Shown here in pieces: positions 29,102 through 37,998 of a stretch of 64,000 nucleotides of DNA (the first letter of the stretch is position 1; every line of letters starts with the position of its first letter). The stretch comes from Candidatus Eiseniibacteriota bacterium. Lineage in GTDB: Bacteria > Eisenbacteria > RBG-16-71-46. Below the pieces are notes generated by a model. That model was not told the DNA's origin, did no database searches, and worked only from the letters and a program-made list of their open reading frames with translations. Location: contig JBGAML010000017.1 in NCBI GenBank assembly GCA_044223005.1, positions 46,391 through 110,390 on the forward strand, written 5' to 3'. Position numbers and translations under genes: made by a program.

Positions 29102-29776
29102 TCACCTCGCCGTGCCCGAATCGGAGCCGGCACGCTCGCGCCTGCGATCTCCGCCCGCCACGAACAGGTCGAAGCCCAGTTTGACGGAGAGCATGTCGGT
29201 GGTGGGAAAGACGAAGTCGTCGGCGCTCGAATACGACTTCAGGCTCGTCGTGCGCTTAGGCACGCGGTCATAGCGCAGTTCGATGCGCACGGAACCATGG
29301 CCGTCGCTCACCGACCTCCGCGCGCCGGCACCGGCGCCGAACACGGGCCGCGTCACGACGTACGACGCGCCGTACGTGGTGAATGCGGTCTCGTGGAGGA
29401 CTCCGACACCGGCGTTCACGAAGGGGCTCCATCCACGCCATTCCGCGATGTTCGCCTGGACCTGTGGCATCGCTTCGAGCGTGGTCTCATCGGCACTCAT
29501 CGTGCCGGAACGGCGCACGGTCTCGAGTCCGGCGTCGGCGAGCACTTCCCAACGGCCGCCCGGCAACCGATAGCCGATCCGGAATCCCGGTTGTCCCCAT
29601 GCCTGGGTCCCGGGCAATCCGACGACATCGTTCTTGAAGCGTGGACTGTCGGGATAGGCCAGGTGCGAATAACCGAACGAAGCTCCTACCGCCACCTGGG
29701 CGCTCGCGACGTGACCCCAGAGGAGCGATGAAAGAACGGCGGCGCTCGATAGGAAGCGAAGGACTCCCCTTCTCAT
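29102..29776 (-). CDS. Small outer-membrane beta-barrel protein (OmpA-like transmembrane type)
   Basis: Signal peptide (ASA|Q), SPFVNAGVG, FGAGAG, VRIELRYD and VKLGFDLF. Confidence 0.68.
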   Translation of the reverse strand: MRRGVLRFLSSAAVLSSLLWGHVASAQVAVGASFGYSHLAYPDSPRFKNDVVGLPGTQAWGQPGFRIGYRLPGGRWEVLADAGLETVRRSGTMSADETTLEAMPQVQANIAEWRGWSPFVNAGVGVLHETAFTTYGASYVVTRPVFGAGAGARRSVSDGHGSVRIELRYDRVPKRTTSLKSYSSADDFVFPTTDMLSVKLGFDLFVAGGDRRRERAGSDSGTAR

Positions 29777-29950
29777 TGGTTCCCCCTGACGCGGCATCCA
29801 CAAGGGTGACGGCAAGATCGATCACCCGGATGTCTGCCCGCTGGTCCCGACCATTGTCCGACCCGGGCAATTCCGCGTCGATGGTCCGAACGTGGCCATG
29901 GGTGCAGCCGGTCGAGGACGAGGCGGGGCACTCGCACAACTTCCCTCGAC

Positions 29951-29987
29951 ACGAACGGGCGGCACGCCGTGCGTGCCGCCCGTTCGT
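29951..29987 (-). terminator. Perfect 17-bp hairpin after the BNR protein gene
   Basis: ACGAACGGGCGGCACGC-cgt-GCGTGCCGCCCGTTCGT. Confidence 0.65.
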
Positions 29988-30007
29988 CTCGCCGACGGTC
30001 CGCGCCC

Positions 30008-32275
30008 CTACTTCAGCGCCACCGCCTTGCCGCTCACCGTGCCGCCGGCCTGGTGCGCGCGCAGGAAGTACATGCCGGGCCCGAGCCCCTGGCCCAGTTC
30101 GACCACGTGGTCGCCGTCGCCCGCGGCCGGGTAGTCCGCCGCGGCCACGCGGCGGCCCGTGACGTCGAGCAGCTCCACGCTCGCCGCGCCGGCGCGCGGC
30201 AGGCTCAGCATCGCCCGCACGCGACCCGCGTGCAGCGGCTGCAGGCCGCGCACGCCGAACGTGCGTGCGACCGCCGCGGGCGGCTCCACCGCGGTCGTGG
30301 CGTCGACCAGCTTCGAGAAGTACGAGTCCGGTGTGCCGTCGCGGCCGTCGGCCCAGTTGGCGTAGACGTTCATTCCGTCCGCGACCAGCGCCGAGTAGTC
30401 GCCCATGTTCGGGAAGATGTTCGTCGCGACGTTGTTCCAGTTGATCGGCGAGCCCGTGCTGAAGCGCGCGCTGGGCTTGAACGTCTTCCCGCGATCGTCG
30501 GAGCGCGTGTAGTACATCGAGGTCAGGATGCCGTTGGCCGCGTCGTCGCGGTGGTCGTACCAGTCCACGTGCACGCGCCCGGCGGCGTCCACGGCGACCT
30601 CGGGCCACGCGTCGTCGTAACGGGCCGGATCGTCGTTGACCACGACCGGCGTCGACCACGTCGCGCCCTCGTCGGACGAGGACGAGACGATCACGTCGCG
30701 GTGGTCGCGCGCGATGTCGTTGGCGGTCGACGTGTGGGTGCCCGAGTAGACGACGTAGTTGCCGATGTTCGTGCCGACGCCGTCCCAGTTGCCGACGCGC
30801 AGGTAGTACGTGCCCGTGGACGGCAGCGTGAACTCCACCAGCGCCACGCCGCCGCTGAAATGCGAGAGGGCGACGCGGTTCGAGGCCGAACCGCCGCCCG
30901 CGTGCAGGCGCAGGAAGCCGTTGCACGACGAGCCGTTGGGCACAAGATAGAAGATCACGGTCTGCCCCGCCGTGCCGGCGAACGACCACCAGTCCTGGTC
31001 GGCCGTACTCGAGAGCCCGCCGAGCAGCGCCTGCCCCAGCGTGAACGGCGTCGCGGCCGCCGAGCTCTCGTTGGCTTCGATCTCGTTGGCGGACCCGGTG
31101 CCGCCCAGCACGTCGTTGTTGACGTCGAGCCCTTCCTGCCACACCGCGTAGAGCTTGCCGCGCGAGGGCGCGGTCGAGCGGTCCACGTCGAACGAGACCA
31201 GCGCCACCATGCGCTCGCGGTTGTAGCCCGCGGGCCCGGAATAGTAGTTGTTGAGGAACGGTCGGCCGCCGATGTTGGTCTCGGGGCCGAACGAGAGCCC
31301 GCCGTCGGTGGACTTGCGGATGCGCTCGTACTCGTTACCCGTGCTCGCGTCGTACGAGTAGTACGCGAGGTAGACCTGGCCCGTGGGCCCGACCTGGATG
31401 CGCGGCGCCATCGGATACGTGGTCGACGCGGTGATGGTGATCGGGGCCGACCAGTGTGCGCCGTGGTCCACGCTGCGCGACCACTCGATGCGCTGCCCGC
31501 CCGCCGAGAGGAACCGCACGTACGCGCAGTAGACGTTGCCCGTGGTGGGATCCACGCCGAGCCAGGGCTTGTCGAGGTAGTCGGTGGCGTGCGTCGCGAT
31601 CGCGACCGGCGGATCCCACGCGGGCGCGGCGCCCGCGAACGTTCCGTGCGAGACCGTGATGCCGGTCACCGTAGGACTCGGCCGCCAGAGGTCGGCGAAG
31701 TACCAATGCCCCGCGGGGTCCGCGACGATCACGGGGTCGCCGTAGAAGATGTCGGTCGCGCCCGAGACCGGCAGGCTGCCGCCGTCGGTCCACGTGGCGC
31801 CACCGTCGATCGAGTAGCCGTAGCCCACGAACCCGGGCTGCAGCTGCCAGAACTGGCCGTCGTTCCAGCCCGAGATCAGCTTGTTGCCGATCGCGGCCAT
31901 GGAGACTTCCGCCTCGCCGTTGCCCGCGGGCGTGCCGACGAGCGTGTTGATGCGCACGTTGGCGCCGAACGCGCTGGCCGCCGACGGCGCGGCGATGCCG
32001 CGCGTGCCCCACTCGAGCCGCGGCTGGTAGAGCGGCGACTCGGGCCGGTCATCGATCGGGATCAGGTTCTCGTCCTCGTCCTCCTCGTGCAGCGTGCGCA
32101 GCACGAGGTCGGCCGGCACGCGAACGGGCCCGATCGTCGCGGGCGGCGCGATCGCGAGTGGGACTTCCTTCTTGACTCGCGCCGCGGTGGAGCGCGGGCC
32201 TTCCTTCGCCTGTGCGGCGGCGGGAACGAGAAGGGCGGCGGCGAGGCAGGGCAGCAGGAGACGCAAGAGGCGCAT
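30008..32275 (-). CDS. Secreted BNR/Asp-box (sialidase-fold) protein with inserted PPC-like domain and C-terminal sorting-like domain
   Basis: Five S.D.G..W/F boxes. EIEAN...DQDWWSF...TGTYYLRV insert. C-terminal LDVTGRRV...PGMYFLR. Confidence 0.8.
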   Translation of the reverse strand: MRLLRLLLPCLAAALLVPAAAQAKEGPRSTAARVKKEVPLAIAPPATIGPVRVPADLVLRTLHEEDEDENLIPIDDRPESPLYQPRLEWGTRGIAAPSAASAFGANVRINTLVGTPAGNGEAEVSMAAIGNKLISGWNDGQFWQLQPGFVGYGYSIDGGATWTDGGSLPVSGATDIFYGDPVIVADPAGHWYFADLWRPSPTVTGITVSHGTFAGAAPAWDPPVAIATHATDYLDKPWLGVDPTTGNVYCAYVRFLSAGGQRIEWSRSVDHGAHWSAPITITASTTYPMAPRIQVGPTGQVYLAYYSYDASTGNEYERIRKSTDGGLSFGPETNIGGRPFLNNYYSGPAGYNRERMVALVSFDVDRSTAPSRGKLYAVWQEGLDVNNDVLGGTGSANEIEANESSAAATPFTLGQALLGGLSSTADQDWWSFAGTAGQTVIFYLVPNGSSCNGFLRLHAGGGSASNRVALSHFSGGVALVEFTLPSTGTYYLRVGNWDGVGTNIGNYVVYSGTHTSTANDIARDHRDVIVSSSSDEGATWSTPVVVNDDPARYDDAWPEVAVDAAGRVHVDWYDHRDDAANGILTSMYYTRSDDRGKTFKPSARFSTGSPINWNNVATNIFPNMGDYSALVADGMNVYANWADGRDGTPDSYFSKLVDATTAVEPPAAVARTFGVRGLQPLHAGRVRAMLSLPRAGAASVELLDVTGRRVAAADYPAAGDGDHVVELGQGLGPGMYFLRAHQAGGTVSGKAVALK

Positions 32276-32456
32276 TCCCGACCTCCAGGGCTTGGGGTGC
32301 GCGGCGGCACCCCGGGGGGGCGAACTCGGGAACCCGAGCCAGATGGACTACAGTCTAGGCCATCCGCGCGCACGGACGATGGGGATTCCGTCGGCCGGCG
32401 CCCGTCCCGGCACCCCACGGCCGGTCCGGCCCTCCATTTCCTTGCGGCCCACCGCC

Positions 32457-34415
32457 ATGTCGCCGTTCACCGCTCCTGCCCCCCGCTCGCGCACCGCCCG
32501 CCGGGTCCTCGCGGCCGGAATCGCCGCCTGGGCCGCGCTCGTGGCCGGGGCCTGCGTGCTCAAGCTGCGCACGTTCCTGTACACGGACTTCGACCTCGCG
32601 ATCTTCGCGCAGGCCGTCTCGGGCGTGCTCCACGGCCGCTGGACGAGCAGCGTGCGCGGCATGGCGTGGCTGGGCGACCACTCGTCGCTGATCCTCGTCC
32701 CGCTGGCGCCGCTGGGAGCCCTGGTGCGCCCACCGGTGCTGCTCCCGGCGCTGCAGTCCGCGGCGCTGGCCCTGGCCGCGTGGCCGCTCTTCCTGCACGC
32801 GCGGCGCCGCCTGGGCGACGAGCCGGCCGCGGCGCTGCTCGCGTTTGCGTGGCTGGCGCATCCGGCGCTCGCCCATCTCGCGCTCTTCGAGTTCCACCCC
32901 GAGACGCTGGCCACGCCCCTGCTGCTCGCGACGGCCGTGGCGCTGGCCGCGAACCGCGGCGGCCCGGCGCTCGGGTTCGGTGCGCTGGCGGCGCTCGCCA
33001 AGGAGGACGTCGCGCTGCCGCTCGCGACGCTCGGCGCGCTGGCGCGACTGCGCGGGCCCTCGCGCCGCGCCGGGCTCGGGCTGCTCGCCGTCGCGGCGGG
33101 CTCGCTCGCCCTGAGCTTCGGCGTCCTGAAGCCCCGCTTCGCGCACGGCGAGGCCGACTACGGCGCCATGTACGCGGCGTGGGGCCACACGCCGCGCGAG
33201 ATGCTCGGTGCGCTCGCGCGCCGGCCGCTCGCGGCCCTCGCGGCGTTCGTGACCACGCCGGGCGATCCCGAGGACGCGCGCGCGAAGCTCGTCTTCTGGG
33301 CCGCGTTCCTCGGGCCCTTCCTCGCGCTGCCGCTCGCCTCGCCGCTGTCGCTGCTGCCGGCGGCGCCGGTACTGGCGGAGCACTTCCTCTCGAGCCGGCT
33401 CGAGCAGCACACGATCCTCTACCAGTACACGGCGCTCACGCTGCCGTTCGCCGGGTTCGCGCTGGTCGAGGGCGTCGCGCGCTTCGCCCGCCGCCGGCCG
33501 CGGCGGCTCGCCGGCGCGGTGCTCGCCGCGTCGCTCGCCGGCCAGTTGCTGGCGGGCCCGTGGTCGCCCGGGCTCGCCGAGAGCCCGGACGCGCCGGCGG
33601 AAGCCGCGTGGCCGACGCCACACGACCTCGCGATGGCGCGCTGGCGCGAGGCGTTCCAGCGCGCGCTCCCCGCGTACGGGACCATCGTCGCCGACTTCCC
33701 CTCGCTCGCGCCGCTCTCGGCGCGCGATTCGCTGCACTCGCTGCATCACGTGGCGGCGGGACACTTCACGTACTCGCCGCGGCCCTACCCCGCACCCGCG
33801 CACGTGGACGGCATGCTCATGGACGCGGGCGCGCTGGTCGCGAAGGGCGAACTGACCGCCGCCGACCTCGCGCGCATCCGCGCCTTCGTCGCGACGCGCG
33901 GCCTGCACGTGGCCGACGCCGCGGGCGACCTGGTGCGCCTGCAGCCGGGCGGGCGCGACACGCTGGCGTGGCTCGCGGCGGCGCCCGCGACGAGCGCCGC
34001 GCCGCTCGCGCACTGGCCGGGCGCGTTCGCGCTGCTCTCGGCCTCGCTCCCGGCGCCGGTCGTCGCGCCCGGCGGGCGGCTGCCGATCGTGGCGCGCTGG
34101 CGGCGCGACGGCCCGCTGCCCGGCGTGCCGCTCGTCCAGTGGACCGTCACCGGCCCGCGCGAGCAGGCGCTCGACGCGCCGCCCGTGCCGCTCGGGTTCG
34201 GGCTCGCCGATCCGGCCGCGTGGCCGGCGGGCAGCGCATGGGACGTGCGCACGTCGTGGGTGGCGCCCGCGGGCCTCGCGGCGGGCGAGCACACGCTGTG
34301 GGCGACGCTCTGGTGGTGGCGCGACGGCGACACGGTACCCGCGACGCCGACGGGCCCCGCTCGCGATGCGGGAGACGGCATGGTGCTCGTGGGCCGCTTC
34401 CGCGTCAGTCGCTGA
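32457..34415 (+). CDS. DUF2079-like multi-pass membrane protein (putative GT-C glycosyltransferase)
   Basis: DFDLAIFAQ, LGDHSS, FEFHPE, KED and YQY motifs, plus C-terminal soluble domain. Confidence 0.78.
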   Translation: MSPFTAPAPRSRTARRVLAAGIAAWAALVAGACVLKLRTFLYTDFDLAIFAQAVSGVLHGRWTSSVRGMAWLGDHSSLILVPLAPLGALVRPPVLLPALQSAALALAAWPLFLHARRRLGDEPAAALLAFAWLAHPALAHLALFEFHPETLATPLLLATAVALAANRGGPALGFGALAALAKEDVALPLATLGALARLRGPSRRAGLGLLAVAAGSLALSFGVLKPRFAHGEADYGAMYAAWGHTPREMLGALARRPLAALAAFVTTPGDPEDARAKLVFWAAFLGPFLALPLASPLSLLPAAPVLAEHFLSSRLEQHTILYQYTALTLPFAGFALVEGVARFARRRPRRLAGAVLAASLAGQLLAGPWSPGLAESPDAPAEAAWPTPHDLAMARWREAFQRALPAYGTIVADFPSLAPLSARDSLHSLHHVAAGHFTYSPRPYPAPAHVDGMLMDAGALVAKGELTAADLARIRAFVATRGLHVADAAGDLVRLQPGGRDTLAWLAAAPATSAAPLAHWPGAFALLSASLPAPVVAPGGRLPIVARWRRDGPLPGVPLVQWTVTGPREQALDAPPVPLGFGLADPAAWPAGSAWDVRTSWVAPAGLAAGEHTLWATLWWWRDGDTVPATPTGPARDAGDGMVLVGRFRVSR

Positions 34416-35046
34416 AAGGCCGCGCCGCCGCCGGCCAGCGCGGCGACTCGTAGCGCAGCCAGAGCACGCCGTCCTCGTCCAGTTGCACCACGGCCCCACC
34501 GCCGGCGACGTCGGTCCAGAGCGTCGCGGCCGTGCGCGGACCGTAGCGGCGCACGAAGCGCGAACGCCCGAAGCGCTCCTCATCGGCCGGGCGGCCCGGC
34601 ACCACCTGCACCGTCCAGCGCCCGTGGCGAGCCCGCAGCGAGTCCACGAGCTCGGCGTAGCGCTGCAGCCGGCTGCCGCGCGGGTCGGGCTCGAAACGCA
34701 GCATGAGCGCGACGAGCCGCCCGTCCGCGTCGTACTCGGGGATCGCCCCGGCCATGCGCCCGAACGCGCGCCCGCGCCACGGCGGCCGCTCGCCCGCGTC
34801 GTGCAGGTGCGCGAAGCCCAGCGCGGCGAGCGCGGCGTTCACCCGCGGTCCCGGCAGGTCCCACGCGAGCCCAGGAAACGTGAGCGGCGCCGCGGGCCGC
34901 ACCGCGTGCGGAACGACACGGGATGCACCGGCGGAGCCGGCCGCGAGCAGCAACGCGAGCGCGAGCAGCGCCGCAACGCAACGCGGGGCCCCGCCGAAGG
35001 CGGAACCCCGCGAAGAACGCGCGGCGCGAGCGCGCCGGTACGGCAT
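34405..35046 (-). CDS. Hypothetical exported protein downstream of ccmF
   Basis: AGGAG RBS, start 8 nt after the ccmF stop, hydrophobic signal VAALLALALLLAAGSAGA. Confidence 0.55.
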   Translation of the reverse strand: MPYRRARAARSSRGSAFGGAPRCVAALLALALLLAAGSAGASRVVPHAVRPAAPLTFPGLAWDLPGPRVNAALAALGFAHLHDAGERPPWRGRAFGRMAGAIPEYDADGRLVALMLRFEPDPRGSRLQRYAELVDSLRARHGRWTVQVVPGRPADEERFGRSRFVRRYGPRTAATLWTDVAGGGAVVQLDEDGVLWLRYESPRWPAAARPFSD

Positions 35047-35054
35047 GAGTGCTC

Positions 35055-37484
35055 CTAGGCCTTGGCCAGGTCCTGGCCGCGGCGAACGACCACGAGGAAG
35101 GCGCTCGAGAGCATGATGATCGAGCCCAGCCAGACGAGGTTGATGAACGGCTTGGTGCTCACCTCGACCGCGAGGATCTCCGCGGAGTGCGTCGCCTCGC
35201 TGCCCGGCATCGAGAGCTGGACGCGGCCGGTCCGCGGGTCGGCGCTGACGATGCCGACCTGGCCGCCGCCCGGCAGGTAGTCCGGATTGCGCGTCTGCTC
35301 GCCCGAGGCCATGTCGATCGAGAAGACCGGCTTGAGCGGCACCGTGCGGCCGCCGGTCTCGGCGGTCAGGTTGGCCGTCAGCTTCATCTTCCCTTCACCC
35401 GGCTCGGGCAGGAAGTTCTCGAACGTGTACTTCACCTGGCCGATCTGCTTCGACTCGCCCGGCTCGAACCACACGCCGCCGCCGCCCTCGCCCGGCGTGT
35501 CGCCGACCATCTCGAGCGGCGAGATGTAGAGGTCCTTGGTGACGAAGCGCTCGATGTGCGGGTTCTTCATCCAGCCCTGGTTGTACTCGCTCCAGAAGAA
35601 GTGGGCCCTGGCGGTGAAGCTGCGGTCCGGGCCGTTCACGGCGATGACCGCGAGGTCCTTCCCGTCCGCCGAGTGCTGCATGCCCTGGAACGTGAGCTTG
35701 TAGCCGAGCGCGTTGCGGGCCTCGCCCACGGGCAGCTGGACCTGCGCCGACTGGCCGTACTTGGACGAAGCGATGACGCCGATCAGCAGCACCGCCACGC
35801 CCATGTGGCCCAGGTAGGCGACGCCGTGCTTCCAGCTCGCGCGGAAGCCGCGGACCGTGGTGCCCCAGTTCGCGACGAGCGCGAAGGCCATCGCGAAGAT
35901 GACCGCGATCGGCATCGCGTCGCGCACACCGAGTGCGGCCGCGACCACCGCGATCACGGCGCCACCGACGGCGGCGACCATCGTCACCGGCGCGTAGAAG
36001 ACCAGCGCCGCGACGAGCCAGAGCAGCAGGAAGATGCCGGCGGCCGCGACCCAGCCCGGGCTGATCCGGTGCATCCACGACATCACGAACGTGCCGAGGA
36101 AGAGCAGCGAGATCGCGAGCCCGATCACGCTGAAGACGCTCTTGAGGCCCGGCGGGCGGGCCGGGATCTCGTGCCCGCGCCAGCGCAGCAGCGGCGAGAT
36201 GCCCAGCAACAGGCCCATCGCGATCGCCAGTGGCGCGTTGACGAGGTTGTAGTACGACGTCTGCACGTTGGCCGGCGGACCGAAGAGCCGCGTGATGAGC
36301 GGCGCGCTCATGCCCAGCGTGATCAGCAGGCACATGAGCATGAACACCAGCTGGCCGAGCCAGATGAACGACTCGCGCGAGAACGTGCCGAGCGGCTGCG
36401 CCGGCGCCGGGATGTCGTGCTGTACCAGCCGCCAGATCAGGAGGCCGTAGCCCGAGATCGCGGCGATGCCGATGAACGACAGCAGGAAGCCCGACAGGCC
36501 GAGGTTCGCGAACGAGTGCACCGAGAAGTCGGCGAGCACGCCGCTGCGCGTCAGGAACGACGCGTAGAGCACGAGCACGTACGACGTGATCGCGAGGAAG
36601 AAGTTGGTCTTCCGCAGGCTTCCCGTCACGCGCTGGACCAGCAGGCCGTGCAGCAGCGCCACGTTGGAGAGCCAGGGGATCAGCGAGCCGTTTTCGACCG
36701 GGTCCCAGCCCCAGTAGCCGCCCCAGCCGAGCACCTTGTACGCCCAGACGCCGCCCATGATGAAGCCGGTCGCCTGGATGGCCGTCGAGAACACGACCCA
36801 AGGCAGCACGGCCTTCACCCAGCCGTCGTAGTCGCGCTTGACGAGCGCCGCGCAGGCGATCGCGAACGGCACCACGAACGACGAGAAGCCGGTGAACAGC
36901 ACCGGCGGGTGGATCGTCATCCAGTAGTCCTGCAGCAGCGGGTTCAGGCCGACACCGTCGGTGAACGCCTCGCGCGCGATGAGGAACGGCCCGCGCATGA
37001 CGGTCACCAGCGCCAGCATCACCACCGGCAGGTTGAGGAAGAACATCGCCAGCGGCATGGAGCGGCTCTTCCACCGCATGAGTACCAGGCCGAGCGTGGC
37101 GGAGAGGAAGCCCCAGAGCAGGAACGTGCCTTCCTGCCCGCCCCAGAACGCCGCGTACACGAAGTGCCGCGGCATGCTGCGCGAGGAGTAGTCGTGCACG
37201 TACTGGTACTGGTACTGGTGGTTGAAGAGAATCCACCAGAGGAACGCCGCGCCCCCGAGGAACGCGGCCCACTCCAGCACGAACGCACCTTTGGCCAGCG
37301 GCTGGAGCTTCTCCTGCCCCATGCCCACCAGCAGCCACGCGAACGCGGCCGCGATCGAGGCGAGCAGCGCGAGCCAGCTCAGCATCTGCCCGGGATTCAT
37401 CCCGGGGGCACCCGCATTCCCGGCCGCCCACGCGAGCGCCGGAACGAGCAGCGCCAGCGCCGTCAGCGGCGCGGCCTGCTTCAC
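35055..37484 (-). CDS. ccmF: Cytochrome c heme lyase CcmF
   Basis: WGGQEG, GLNPLLQ, IHPP, WGGYWGWDPVEN, TRSG and SVHSF. GTGA overlap with ccmE (alternative ATG at 37400). Confidence 0.92.
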   Translation of the reverse strand: MKQAAPLTALALLVPALAWAAGNAGAPGMNPGQMLSWLALLASIAAAFAWLLVGMGQEKLQPLAKGAFVLEWAAFLGGAAFLWWILFNHQYQYQYVHDYSSRSMPRHFVYAAFWGGQEGTFLLWGFLSATLGLVLMRWKSRSMPLAMFFLNLPVVMLALVTVMRGPFLIAREAFTDGVGLNPLLQDYWMTIHPPVLFTGFSSFVVPFAIACAALVKRDYDGWVKAVLPWVVFSTAIQATGFIMGGVWAYKVLGWGGYWGWDPVENGSLIPWLSNVALLHGLLVQRVTGSLRKTNFFLAITSYVLVLYASFLTRSGVLADFSVHSFANLGLSGFLLSFIGIAAISGYGLLIWRLVQHDIPAPAQPLGTFSRESFIWLGQLVFMLMCLLITLGMSAPLITRLFGPPANVQTSYYNLVNAPLAIAMGLLLGISPLLRWRGHEIPARPPGLKSVFSVIGLAISLLFLGTFVMSWMHRISPGWVAAAGIFLLLWLVAALVFYAPVTMVAAVGGAVIAVVAAALGVRDAMPIAVIFAMAFALVANWGTTVRGFRASWKHGVAYLGHMGVAVLLIGVIASSKYGQSAQVQLPVGEARNALGYKLTFQGMQHSADGKDLAVIAVNGPDRSFTARAHFFWSEYNQGWMKNPHIERFVTKDLYISPLEMVGDTPGEGGGGVWFEPGESKQIGQVKYTFENFLPEPGEGKMKLTANLTAETGGRTVPLKPVFSIDMASGEQTRNPDYLPGGGQVGIVSADPRTGRVQLSMPGSEATHSAEILAVEVSTKPFINLVWLGSIIMLSSAFLVVVRRGQDLAKA

Positions 37485-37891
37485 GACGTGGTCCCTTGCC
37501 CGCGGGCCGCCGCTTCCTGCTGCTTCTCCATCGACTGGTACTTGGACGGGCACTTGACCAGCAGCTGCTTGGCCTCGAAGTGATCGCCCTGGAAGCGGCC
37601 AACGGCGACCAGGCCCATCGCCTGTGCGAAGTTGCCCGGCACGATGCCGCGGTACTCCACGTTCATCGTGTCCCCCTTGGCGTCGCGCAGGGCGAAGCGC
37701 AGGTACTGTTCGGTGGGCTTCATCACGTAGCCGCGGCTGGCGAGCATGCCGCTCACCTGCACGTCCTCGTTCGGCCGCGAGCGGGCGCCGGCGAAGTCGG
37801 TGTACGTGGTCATCGTCTGCTTGAAGCTCGTGAGCCCGATGGCGACAGCGGCGACCAGGAGGCCGACCGCAAGCATGATCTTGACGTTCAT
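37481..37891 (-). CDS. ccmE: Heme chaperone CcmE, CxxxY variant
   Basis: N-terminal TM, V.Y.G..P.NF, and F.A..LLVKCPSKY. Confidence 0.9.
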   Translation of the reverse strand: MNVKIMLAVGLLVAAVAIGLTSFKQTMTTYTDFAGARSRPNEDVQVSGMLASRGYVMKPTEQYLRFALRDAKGDTMNVEYRGIVPGNFAQAMGLVAVGRFQGDHFEAKQLLVKCPSKYQSMEKQQEAAARGQGTTS

Positions 37892-37995
37892 TTCTTCTCC
37901 AGTTCCCGCACTCGCCTCTCGACCCGGATCAGCCACGAGAACAACAGGCCCCAGACGAGCAGCGAGACGCCCAACACGACCCAATTGCGGTCCAT
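37888..37995 (-). CDS. ccmD: CcmD-like small membrane protein (35 aa)
   Basis: Manual translation MDRNWVVLGVSLLVWGLLFSWLIRVERRVRELEKK, between ccmC and ccmE with ATGA overlap. Confidence 0.8.
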   Translation of the reverse strand: MDRNWVVLGVSLLVWGLLFSWLIRVERRVRELEKK

Positions 37996-37998
37996 GAC

